Shown: positions 18,181 to 26,678 of the stretch, piece by piece
How the letters are laid out: each line of letters begins with the position of its first letter
How positions within the stretch are numbered: the stretch's first letter is position 1
Assembly (NCBI GenBank): GCA_041670385.1
Contig: JBAXZI010000001.1
Span: 2,092-66,091 of the forward strand
Direction of reading: 5' to 3'
DNA: 64,000 bases
DNA from: Clostridia bacterium
GTDB taxonomy: Bacteria; Bacillota; Clostridia; Christensenellales; DTU072
Notes under the pieces: generated by a model
Seen by the model: the letters and a program-made list of their open reading frames with translations, nothing else
What the model was told of the DNA's origin: nothing
Database searches by the model: none
Made by a program: the position numbers and the translations under genes

Positions 18181-20574
18181 ATGAAGAAAAAACTTGTTGT
18201 ACTTATTCTATTTGTGGCTCTAGTTAGTAGCCTTTTGTTAAGTAGTTGTACTTTTGTAAAGGAAAATGAAGAGAGAGTGGCTGCTTCTGTAGTTAGTACC
18301 GTTTCTTGTGAATACGAAGGTAACGATAGTTTCCCTTCTCAAAATTTAACACTTGATATTACAAGAACCGAATTACTTAACTATGTAAACTATATCATTT
18401 ATCTTTATTCACAATATCAAATGGATTATGAAATAGACAAAGTTCTTGATGACGGGCTAGAAAGTTTGCGTACACAAAAATATCAAATGCTTAAAGGTAT
18501 GGAATATTTAATGAATAATGCTAGTGCTGAAAGAAAAGCCGCTATGTATTATTTTACCGATGACTACAAAAATGTTTACGGGTCAAAAATTACTTGTGAA
18601 GGTTTGCTTACTATCGCTGAAAGATATCAAGCTATTGCCGACACTAATGAACAATTTGACACAAGCATAGATGGTTACATTGATGATTACAATACTGAAA
18701 ATAGGTCATTAGATATTAGCGTAGTAAAAGAAACATTAACAGGTTTATATTATGATGGCTACACAGTAAAAGAAGAAGATGGAGTATCCGTTGCTCACTT
18801 AGTTAATGCAACTGCAAAAACTGACGCTGAAAAATATGCCGACGGTTTATACCAGACTCAATTCAGTTCGGATTTTGATGATGTTGATTATCAAGAAGTA
18901 TATGCAAAAATAATTTTAGTTAAGAAAGATAGTGATGATATTATTGTTTATTATCCTATCACTGAAGGAATGATGGCTTTAGCTGACAATGCTGATGACA
19001 CCAATAATAATCCTCGTCTAACTAATAGAACACTTACAGTAACTTATCAAGAGCCTAAAACAACTACAACCACAACAAAAGATGACGACGGCAAAGATGT
19101 TACTACTACTTCAAAAACTTATATTGCTCACGCAGTAGATGTAGAATATACAAAATTTGCTCCTCGTAATATTATACCTAAAGATAGTGATGGAAATGAT
19201 GTTGTAGAAACCATTGATTATCTTGATGGAACAGATTATAACTATCGTTACAAAACAACTTTTACCACTGATGCCGAAAAAGAATTTGCTGGTAATGGTT
19301 CAATTTTCGATATAAATCCTAGCAACTTAACAACTGCTACGAAAGATGCTTATAGACAATTCAAACAAGCAAAAAAGGCTCAATTAATTGGTTTTGATGC
19401 TACCGATACAATTTATAACGGTCTTGGTTATTTTTATCTAACATCTTTCCAATCTTCCTTAACTACTGCTGTAAAACATGAGCTTGCTTTATCTGCTTAT
19501 GCTACAAATCCAGTTACTGAAGATAATATAGAAGCACAATTTACAAATCTTGCTACAAAACAAAAAGAAGAATATGCTCTTTTAAGTCAAAAAGACCAAG
19601 TTGCAAAATTTGCTAAAACTATCGGTACTAATTTAGAAACTTGTTATTATGTACCACTTGATGCACTTAAGAATACTACTTACACTTACACTGATAGCGC
19701 TGATAATGAAGTAGAAAAGGCATATGCAGTAGAAAATGCAGATGGAACTTACACTATAGATATGTTTTATATTGCTCATATTTTATTCAAGTTTGATGCA
19801 AACTTCAAAACTATAATGGATAGAGCCACTGCTAATTTAACCGAAGATGAAGATATTAAAAATAAAAAATTGGATTTAATTGAGACAGGTTTACTTGACA
19901 CAAATACTACAAATCCTGATTATTTAGATAACTTAGGCGAAGAGCTTAAAGACGCTTTTAGTATAATGACAGATTCTGAAGGAAATGCTATTCTTAATGA
20001 TAACGGTGAACAACAACTACTATATACCAAAGTAATTGATGTATATAACCAACTTCAACTTGACTTAGCCGCAGCTACTACTTATGAGGCTAAACTTGAT
20101 ATATTCAAAGAATATATGACTAAATACAACGATGATAGTGGTTCTTTAACTAGTAATATTGGTTACTTTATCGGTATGGGAGATATAGAACATAGCTATG
20201 ATGGCGATGACTTCCCTAATGCTAGTAAAACTATTTATACAGACTTTTTAGAAGATGGCACTATTGACACATTTACACAAAGAGCCTTCACTTCTTATGG
20301 TTTACACGTAGAAGCAATTAGCTTTATGCCATTAAATAATGTTACTATAAATAACCCAAAAGCTGGTTTGTATTCACTTGATATAAATACTAATTTAGAT
20401 ATATCTGGAGAAAAAACTATCAAGGATACAATTCAAGCAAGTCTTATTTCAACTCAAAAAGATGATGCATATAGTGCTTGGACAGATCAATACGATAAAG
20501 ATGAAGCAGAAGCAAATAGCACATTAAATAAAAGTGTATTAAAAAAGATAAAGAAAGACTTAAATATTGATTAA
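18181..20574 (+). CDS. large lipoprotein, possible PrsA/parvulin-like foldase
   Basis: Lipobox LLLSS|C (Cys23). The C-terminal third has strings reminiscent of a PpiC/parvulin domain (..AHILFKF.. at ~19760-19800; FKEYMTKYNDDSGS..IGYFIGMGD; FTSYGLHVEAI at ~20290-20330), split by a long insertion. It sits directly after mfd. Confidence 0.45.
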   Translation: MKKKLVVLILFVALVSSLLLSSCTFVKENEERVAASVVSTVSCEYEGNDSFPSQNLTLDITRTELLNYVNYIIYLYSQYQMDYEIDKVLDDGLESLRTQKYQMLKGMEYLMNNASAERKAAMYYFTDDYKNVYGSKITCEGLLTIAERYQAIADTNEQFDTSIDGYIDDYNTENRSLDISVVKETLTGLYYDGYTVKEEDGVSVAHLVNATAKTDAEKYADGLYQTQFSSDFDDVDYQEVYAKIILVKKDSDDIIVYYPITEGMMALADNADDTNNNPRLTNRTLTVTYQEPKTTTTTTKDDDGKDVTTTSKTYIAHAVDVEYTKFAPRNIIPKDSDGNDVVETIDYLDGTDYNYRYKTTFTTDAEKEFAGNGSIFDINPSNLTTATKDAYRQFKQAKKAQLIGFDATDTIYNGLGYFYLTSFQSSLTTAVKHELALSAYATNPVTEDNIEAQFTNLATKQKEEYALLSQKDQVAKFAKTIGTNLETCYYVPLDALKNTTYTYTDSADNEVEKAYAVENADGTYTIDMFYIAHILFKFDANFKTIMDRATANLTEDEDIKNKKLDLIETGLLDTNTTNPDYLDNLGEELKDAFSIMTDSEGNAILNDNGEQQLLYTKVIDVYNQLQLDLAAATTYEAKLDIFKEYMTKYNDDSGSLTSNIGYFIGMGDIEHSYDGDDFPNASKTIYTDFLEDGTIDTFTQRAFTSYGLHVEAISFMPLNNVTINNPKAGLYSLDINTNLDISGEKTIKDTIQASLISTQKDDAYSAWTDQYDKDEAEANSTLNKSVLKKIKKDLNID

Positions 20575-20590
20575 TTAATTATTAATATAA

Positions 20591-20640
20591 ATTGACAACA
20601 AAAAAGCGGTATTATAAAATACCGCTTTTTTGTTGTCAAT
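20591..20640. terminator. bidirectional terminator, perfect 22-bp-arm palindrome
   Basis: ATTGACAACAAAAAAGCGGTAT (20591-20612), loop TATAAA, then ATACCGCTTTTTTGTTGTCAAT (20619-20640). GC core is flanked by A6/T6. It lies between convergent genes. Confidence 0.7.
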
Positions 20641-20660
20641 TTTTATACATTAGATATATA

Positions 20661-20698
20661 AAAAAAGAAGTGAATAATTATAATTATCCGCTTCTTTT
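20661..20698 (-). terminator. terminator of the minus-strand kinase-like gene
   Basis: 36-nt near-palindrome AAAAGAAGTGAATAATTA/TAATTATCCGCTTCTTTT (20663-20698; one mismatch, one G.U). A U-tract follows on the minus strand. Confidence 0.5.
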
Positions 20699-20740
20699 AT
20701 ATTATTTTAATATCGTTTTGACTTAAAACTATATCTTAAT

Positions 20741-21577
20741 TTATTTTGTAAATATTTTTGTACTTGGCGCTTTACCCTCTATTATATCTTTCATATAATA
20801 TTTGCTGTTTGCAATAAATACTATAGTACCATTTTTTAACGGTTCTTTTATATATTCCAATTTTGCCTTTGCCCCATTAGCACCCTTCCTTGAAGCTCCA
20901 TTGCAATAATTTTGTATTTGTTCTACATTTTCAATTAGTTCGTATATATCTTTACCATTTATTTCTCTAATTAATGTATTAGATTTGTCTTTATCTTCAT
21001 ATATACCATCTGTACTTGTCATAATAAGCAAATACTTAGGTTTTACCAAACAAGATATCTGACTGGCAATTTCATCATTATCCACGCACTCAACAACCTT
21101 TTTGTTCTTTTCTCTAAGTGCTTTGATTTCCATCTTTCTTATTTCTTCATCGCTTACAGGGTCATTGTAATTAATAATAGGCACTGCCCCTTGTTTTGGA
21201 CAACGAATAAGCATATTTTTCAAATGATTCTTTTTATCCTCATCATTAAAATGATAATGTTCTACTAGTAATTGCCTTAGAGAGTATTTAGAGTCCATAA
21301 ATTGGCGATAGTTCTGCATTAGAAGGGATTGCCCCTGCGCTGCATAATCTGCCTTTATTTCTTGTATATCGCCCTCAATACCCTTGGCATTTCTGCTTAA
21401 ATAATCAAGTCTGCCAATTTCGGCTGCACCACTTGTTATCCAAATCATACCAGGAACTAATTGCTTAGAAATTCTAGCAATTATATTGTAATCTAAATCA
21501 TCGTGTTCTTTGTTGACTAGTGCCATAGAGCCTACTTTGCCAACTAATTCTATATCAAAATTTGTCATAAATTGCAT
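20741..21577 (-). CDS. amino-acid-kinase-family protein, divergent glutamate 5-kinase (ProB) catalytic domain without PUA
   Basis: Collinear by eye with ProB: GKVGSMAL, ITSGAAEIGR, AAQGQSLLMQNY..F, VPIINYNDPV, VDNDEIAS, LLIMTSTDGIY, GANGAKAKL. The start could be ATG 21577 or ATG 21568. Confidence 0.6.
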   Translation of the reverse strand: MQFMTNFDIELVGKVGSMALVNKEHDDLDYNIIARISKQLVPGMIWITSGAAEIGRLDYLSRNAKGIEGDIQEIKADYAAQGQSLLMQNYRQFMDSKYSLRQLLVEHYHFNDEDKKNHLKNMLIRCPKQGAVPIINYNDPVSDEEIRKMEIKALREKNKKVVECVDNDEIASQISCLVKPKYLLIMTSTDGIYEDKDKSNTLIREINGKDIYELIENVEQIQNYCNGASRKGANGAKAKLEYIKEPLKNGTIVFIANSKYYMKDIIEGKAPSTKIFTK

Positions 21578-21601
21578 TTTCCTTATTGTATTTATGTAAT
21601 T

Positions 21602-21630
21602 ATTATATTGATTAATTTATAAATTGTCAA
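21602..21630 (-). promoter_or_regulatory. consensus sigma-A promoter for the ProB-like gene
   Basis: On the minus strand: TTGACA (21630-21625), exactly 17 nt, TATAAT (21607-21602). Confidence 0.65.
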
Positions 21631-21659
21631 ACATTCTATATCAAACCATATTTTTTTCA

Positions 21660-21691
21660 TAAAAAAAGGACAACCTTTAATAGGTTATCCT
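21660..21691 (-). terminator. rho-independent terminator of rny
   Basis: Minus strand AGGATAACCT-ATTAA-AGGTTGTCCT (one mismatch) followed by TTTTTTT (complement of 21661-21667). Confidence 0.6.
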
Positions 21692-21713
21692 TAATTTTAT
21701 TTTTTAATTTTTC

Positions 21714-23312
21714 TTATTTAGCATATTCAACACTTCGTGTTTCTCTAATAACATTGACTTTAATTTGTCCTGGATATTCGAGTTCGGATTCTAGCTTTTT
21801 GGCTATTTCCTTTGCTAAAAATACTGTTTTCGCATCATCTACTTGTTCAGGTTTTACAATGACTCTAATTTCTCTACCTGCTTGTATTGCATACGATTGT
21901 TCTACTCCTGCGAACGAGTTTGCGAGACTTTCTATATTCTCTAGACGTTTAACATAATTCTCTACTGATTCTCTTCTTGCACCTGGTCTAGCTCCGCTAA
22001 TAGCGTCAGCTGCCTGTACAATAATTGCTTCCAATGTTTTTGCTTCTATATCACCGTGATGAGCTGCAATTGCATGGATTACATCTTCTTTTTCATTATA
22101 CTTCTTTGCAAGATCTACACCTATTTGAACGTGAGTACCTTCATATTCATGGTCTACCGCTTTTCCCAAATCGTGTAATAAACCGGCACGCTTACAAACT
22201 TTTACATTTGCACCTAATTCTTGTGCCATTAATCCTGCTAAATAGCAAACTTCTAAGCTATGTTTTAATACATTTTGACCATAACTTGTACGATATTTCA
22301 TACGTCCTAGTAATTTAACTATTTCTGGGTGAATACCAAACAAACCTGCTTCATAAACTGCATCTTCTCCAGCTTCTTTCATTTGAATGCCGATGTCTTT
22401 TTTAACTCTTTCAGCAACCTCTTCAATTCTACCTGGATGAATTCTGCCATCGCTTATTAATTTTTGTAAGGTTATTTTTGCTATTTCTCTTCTAACTGGG
22501 TCAAACCCTGTTAGTGTAACTACATCTGGGGTATCATCAATAATAATATCAACACCAGTAACACTTTCCAATGCCTTAATGTTACGTCCTACTCTACCAA
22601 TTATACGACCTTTCATTTCTTCGCTTGGTATTTCTACGACGCTAATTGTAGTTTCGGCAGCATGGTCTACTGCACATCTTTGAATAGCTAATCCTACTAT
22701 ATTCTTAGCACGCTTTTCTGCATCTTCTTTTGCTCTTGCTTCAATTTCTTTTACCATTACTGCTGCATCTTTTTGTGCATCATCAGTAATTTGAACTATC
22801 AATTGTTCTTTTGCTTCAGCAACAGTTAGATTTGCCACTTTTTCCAATTCGGAAAGCATTTTTTCATTTTGAGTTAGGAGTTCTGCCTCCATTTTATCTA
22901 ATTCTTCTTGCTTGCCCGTAATTGCCAATTTAGTTTGTTCAATTGATGCCAATTTGTCTTCAATAATACTATCTTTTTTATCAATTGAATCTTCTTTCTG
23001 AATAAGCCTTGACTCTTGTTTTTGAATTTCTAATCGTCTTTGTTTAATTTCTCTTTCAAACTCATTACGCAATCTTAGTTGTTCTTCTCTTGCCTCTATC
23101 TTTGCCTCTTTACGCATAGATTTCGCTTCAATTCTTGCATCTTCCAATATCTTCGCTGCTTCGTTTTTGGATTCCCCGACCTTTTTTTGTTCGGACTTCC
23201 TATATACTAATAGTGCGATAATCGCACCTAATACCAACGCGACAATGGGTAATACAATTATTAAAGCAATCGCTGCTTCAGCCGATAAGGCCATCATAAG
23301 ATTGCTTAACAT
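21714..23312 (-). CDS. rny: ribonuclease Y
   Basis: 532 aa with an N-terminal TM helix, a long charged coiled region, a KH domain ([13 protein letters not shown]) and an HD domain (LLHDLGKA). Confidence 0.95.
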   Translation of the reverse strand: MLSNLMMALSAEAAIALIIVLPIVALVLGAIIALLVYRKSEQKKVGESKNEAAKILEDARIEAKSMRKEAKIEAREEQLRLRNEFEREIKQRRLEIQKQESRLIQKEDSIDKKDSIIEDKLASIEQTKLAITGKQEELDKMEAELLTQNEKMLSELEKVANLTVAEAKEQLIVQITDDAQKDAAVMVKEIEARAKEDAEKRAKNIVGLAIQRCAVDHAAETTISVVEIPSEEMKGRIIGRVGRNIKALESVTGVDIIIDDTPDVVTLTGFDPVRREIAKITLQKLISDGRIHPGRIEEVAERVKKDIGIQMKEAGEDAVYEAGLFGIHPEIVKLLGRMKYRTSYGQNVLKHSLEVCYLAGLMAQELGANVKVCKRAGLLHDLGKAVDHEYEGTHVQIGVDLAKKYNEKEDVIHAIAAHHGDIEAKTLEAIIVQAADAISGARPGARRESVENYVKRLENIESLANSFAGVEQSYAIQAGREIRVIVKPEQVDDAKTVFLAKEIAKKLESELEYPGQIKVNVIRETRSVEYAK

Positions 23313-23393
23313 ATTTACCTCCTGTATATATATTTATTTATTAAGTTTCATTTGGATAATTTTTGCGTTCGCCCCAAAAACTATCGCTTTTTA

Positions 23394-23422
23394 ATTATAC
23401 TATTTTTAATAAGTAAAGTCAA
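23394..23422 (-). promoter_or_regulatory. sigma-A promoter for rny
   Basis: On the minus strand: TTGACT (23422-23417), 17 nt, TATAAT (23399-23394). About 75-nt leader ending in AGGAGG before the ATG. Confidence 0.65.
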
Positions 23423-23660
23423 TAATAATATTATCTACAAAATTCCATTTTTTTAAAATAATTTGTTTTAATTAAAGTTTTTTGTTTTCAATCAAATTAC
23501 GCAATATTTTAATTAAAAAGGCTATTTATGTAGTAAAATTTATTAATTTGTGGAATAATTCCATTTTATTTATAAAGAACTCAGATAATTATGTCTTATT
23601 TCTTTATTTATTTTTTGTTTATTTCTTAGACTTTTGCAAGCTATTACTTTTCTAAATATC

Positions 23661-24653
23661 TTACTTAATCCCTAATTTTTCACGCACAATTTTTTCTACT
23701 GTTTCTGCTATTTCTTGATTATCTTTTAGGAATGCTACTGCCTTATCTCTACCTTGTCCGATTCTCTCTCCGTTATAACTAAACCAGCTTCCTGTCTTCT
23801 GTATTATTTCATTTTGCGTAGCAAGATCTAATATACAACCATATTTAGATATACCTTGTCCATATATCATATCAAATTCACAAAGTTTGAAAGGTGGTGC
23901 AAGTTTATTTTTTACGATTTTTACTCTAGTTTTGTTACCTATTATTTCAGTTCCATTTTTTATAGCTTCGCCTCTTCTTACATCAAAACGCATACTTGCA
24001 TAAAATTTTAGAGCTTTTCCTCCCGCTGTTACTTCAGGACTTCCAAACATTATACCTACTTTTTCTCGAAGTTGGTTTATAAATACAACACAAGTATTGC
24101 TTTTTTTAATAATTCCTGCCAATTTCCTTAATGCTTGACTCATAAGTCTTGCTTGCAAACCAACGTGAGAATCACCCATTTCTCCATCTATTTCTGCTTT
24201 TGGAGTAAGTGCGGCTACACTATCAATTACAATAATATCTATACTACCACTTTTTACAAGTTCTTCAGTAATATTTAATGCTTGTTCACCATTATCAGGT
24301 TGTGCAATATATAAAGTTTTTAAGTCAACACCTAAATTCTCTGCATATACAGGGTCAAGTGCGTGTTCTGCATCGATAAATGCGGCAATACCTTCTTTCT
24401 TTTGTGCTTCAGCTATCATATGTAAAGCAAGGGTAGTTTTACCACTTGATTCAGGTCCGTAGATTTCAATAATTCTTCCTCTAGGAACGCCGCCTATACC
24501 AGTCCCTAAATCTATTGTTAGACAACCCGTAGGTATTATATCAACTTCAACTTTAGCACCATCTTCTAGTGTCATAATAGAGCCTTTGCCAAATTCTTTT
24601 TCTATTTGAGCAATTGCTATATCTAATGCTTTCTTCTTATCTTCGATTTTCAT
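23661..24653 (-). CDS. recA: recombinase A
   Basis: 330 aa with Walker [10 protein letters not shown] and highly canonical RecA sequence throughout. Confidence 0.97.
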   Translation of the reverse strand: MKIEDKKKALDIAIAQIEKEFGKGSIMTLEDGAKVEVDIIPTGCLTIDLGTGIGGVPRGRIIEIYGPESSGKTTLALHMIAEAQKKEGIAAFIDAEHALDPVYAENLGVDLKTLYIAQPDNGEQALNITEELVKSGSIDIIVIDSVAALTPKAEIDGEMGDSHVGLQARLMSQALRKLAGIIKKSNTCVVFINQLREKVGIMFGSPEVTAGGKALKFYASMRFDVRRGEAIKNGTEIIGNKTRVKIVKNKLAPPFKLCEFDMIYGQGISKYGCILDLATQNEIIQKTGSWFSYNGERIGQGRDKAVAFLKDNQEIAETVEKIVREKLGIK

Positions 24654-24692
24654 TTTTTTCTCCTTTTTTTATTTTGTTTACCGTTTATTATT

Positions 24693-25358
24693 TTAATAGT
24701 TTTCTTTTAAGCAACATAATGCATAAAAAATCGCTGCATTTTTTGCACTTCTTCTAATTTGTTGTCTAGTCCCTTCAAAATTACACTTTATAGCAATTGG
24801 TTCACTTCTGCTGCTAGCTACTCCGATATATACCAATCCAACTGGTTTTTCTTCTGTACCGCCATCAGGACCCGCTATACCTGTAGTTGCAAAACCAATA
24901 TCCACTTCATTATCTAGTAAGCCATAAGCCATTTCCTTAGCTGTTTGTTCGGATACCGCACCATAACTTTCTAAAGTAAATTCTGACACGCCTAATCTTT
25001 TTATCTTAGCTTCATTACTATAGGTAATAATTCCCTCATAGAATACTTTACTTACTCCGCTAATAGCTACTAAGTCCGAAGCTATCATACCACCTGTACA
25101 GCTTTCAGCAATTGCAAATTTGACATCGTTTGCCAAAGTAAAGTTGACAAAAGTTTGTTCTAAAGAAATATCTTCATCGTTATAAACAATATCATCAATT
25201 TCTTCTATTAAATCATCAAATTCATCATCAGTTATGCTACTAACCTTAATTAAATTGTCATAACAAGAAGAATACAAATCAAACTCAAATTTATATTTGT
25301 ACGCATTTAAGCGTTCGAGTATCTCTACTTTATTGCCAAAACATCGAAAAACTTTCAT
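24693..25358 (-). CDS. cinA: CinA-family protein, short form (KH-like linker plus PncC nicotinamide-nucleotide amidase domain; no MoCF N-domain)
   Basis: AIAESCTGGMIAS.. and GIAGPDGG strings of the CinA C-terminal domain. It sits immediately upstream of recA, as in many Bacillota. Confidence 0.8.
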   Translation of the reverse strand: MKVFRCFGNKVEILERLNAYKYKFEFDLYSSCYDNLIKVSSITDDEFDDLIEEIDDIVYNDEDISLEQTFVNFTLANDVKFAIAESCTGGMIASDLVAISGVSKVFYEGIITYSNEAKIKRLGVSEFTLESYGAVSEQTAKEMAYGLLDNEVDIGFATTGIAGPDGGTEEKPVGLVYIGVASSRSEPIAIKCNFEGTRQQIRRSAKNAAIFYALCCLKENY

Positions 25359-25382
25359 AATTTTGTGTCCTCCTGGTTTTTT

Positions 25383-26678
25383 CTACAAAACCGTATTGCC
25401 ATACATATTAAAATCGGTTTTTGTAATAAGTACTTTGTATATTTGCCCAATTTCCAAAGGAAATGCTGAAGTAAAAAATACATTTGTATCTATTTCTGGT
25501 GCATTTTGCTCGGTTCTTCCTACAAACATTTGTTTGTCATAATCAATATCTTCGTAAATAACTTCCACAACCTTATTTATGTATTTTTGATGGTGTTCTA
25601 TTGTAGAATTACATTGTGCTTCTTCGCATTCTATTCGCCATAATTCACAAGTTTTTTTATCTATTCCATCAGGAAAATTATAAGCAGGCGTCCCTTCTTC
25701 TTTACTAAATTCAAAAAATCCTGCATAGTCTAATTTGTCAGTTACAAAATCAACTAATTGCGTATGTTCTAAATGTGTTTCATAAGGAAATCCTACTATA
25801 AAAGTACTCCTAATTGCAATATCGCTATTAGTGTTCCTTATTTTACTTATAATATTTTCTATTTTTTCTCTACTACTTTTCCTATTCATTTTGGTAAGTA
25901 TACTATCATTTATGTGTTGCAATGGCATATCAAAATATTTAGCCATTTTTTCTTCTTTTCCTACAAAATCGATAAGTCTATCACTTATTTCTTCTGGATA
26001 CACATATAATAATCTAATTTTCCAAACATCAAGTAGAACTAATTCTTCTAGTAATTCTACTAGTTTATTTTTACCGTATAAATCTTTGCCGTAGCTACTT
26101 GTATCTTGTGCAACTAATATTATTTCTTTAACGCCTTGTCCTATCAAATACTTTGCTTCTTCAATAATAACCGCCATTGGTCTTGAAATATATTTACCTC
26201 TAATATTAGGAATTGCACAATAAGAACAACGCTTATCACACCCGTCGGATATTTTTAGGTACGCATAATGATTAGGCGTAGTAAGTATCCTACCAGTAAA
26301 TTCATATTCATTTTCTTCTTGCTTTTCATATTGGGTATTCGTAAGATTATGCAATAATTTGACTACATCTTTTTCATTATCAATACTTATCCACAAATCG
26401 ACTTCCGGCAATTCTATATTACTCCCGTATCTATTTGCAAAACAGCCTGTAACCACTAAATATTTTAAATTATTTTCTTTTAGTTTTGCCATTTCAAAAA
26501 TGGTGTCTATAGTTTCTATTTTTGCCAATTCTATAAAAGCACAAGTATTTATAATAATTATTTCAGCTTCATTTTTATCTTGTACTATTTCAAAACCTGC
26601 ATTAGCCAAAGTAAATAACATATTTTCACTATCAATACGATTTTTATCACAACCTAGTGATATCATACCTACTTTCAT
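25383..26678 (-). CDS. rimO: ribosomal protein S12 methylthiotransferase
   Basis: N-terminal LGCDKNRIDSENM, radical-SAM CDKRCSYCAIP, and a C-terminal TRAM-like domain. Confidence 0.8.
   Translation of the reverse strand: MKVGMISLGCDKNRIDSENMLFTLANAGFEIVQDKNEAEIIIINTCAFIELAKIETIDTIFEMAKLKENNLKYLVVTGCFANRYGSNIELPEVDLWISIDNEKDVVKLLHNLTNTQYEKQEENEYEFTGRILTTPNHYAYLKISDGCDKRCSYCAIPNIRGKYISRPMAVIIEEAKYLIGQGVKEIILVAQDTSSYGKDLYGKNKLVELLEELVLLDVWKIRLLYVYPEEISDRLIDFVGKEEKMAKYFDMPLQHINDSILTKMNRKSSREKIENIISKIRNTNSDIAIRSTFIVGFPYETHLEHTQLVDFVTDKLDYAGFFEFSKEEGTPAYNFPDGIDKKTCELWRIECEEAQCNSTIEHHQKYINKVVEVIYEDIDYDKQMFVGRTEQNAPEIDTNVFFTSAFPLEIGQIYKVLITKTDFNMYGNTVL

Noticed and set aside
23423-23660. Possible small RNA or hidden element in the 240-bp AT-rich spacer between recA and the rny promoter (13-bp palindrome TGGAAT-A-ATTCCA at 23551-23563; AATTCCATTTT repeated at ~23441 and ~23558)
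   Set aside because: There is no promoter/terminator pair delimiting a transcript. The palindrome lacks a following U-tract on the transcribed (minus) strand, and the repeats are short enough to be chance in this composition.
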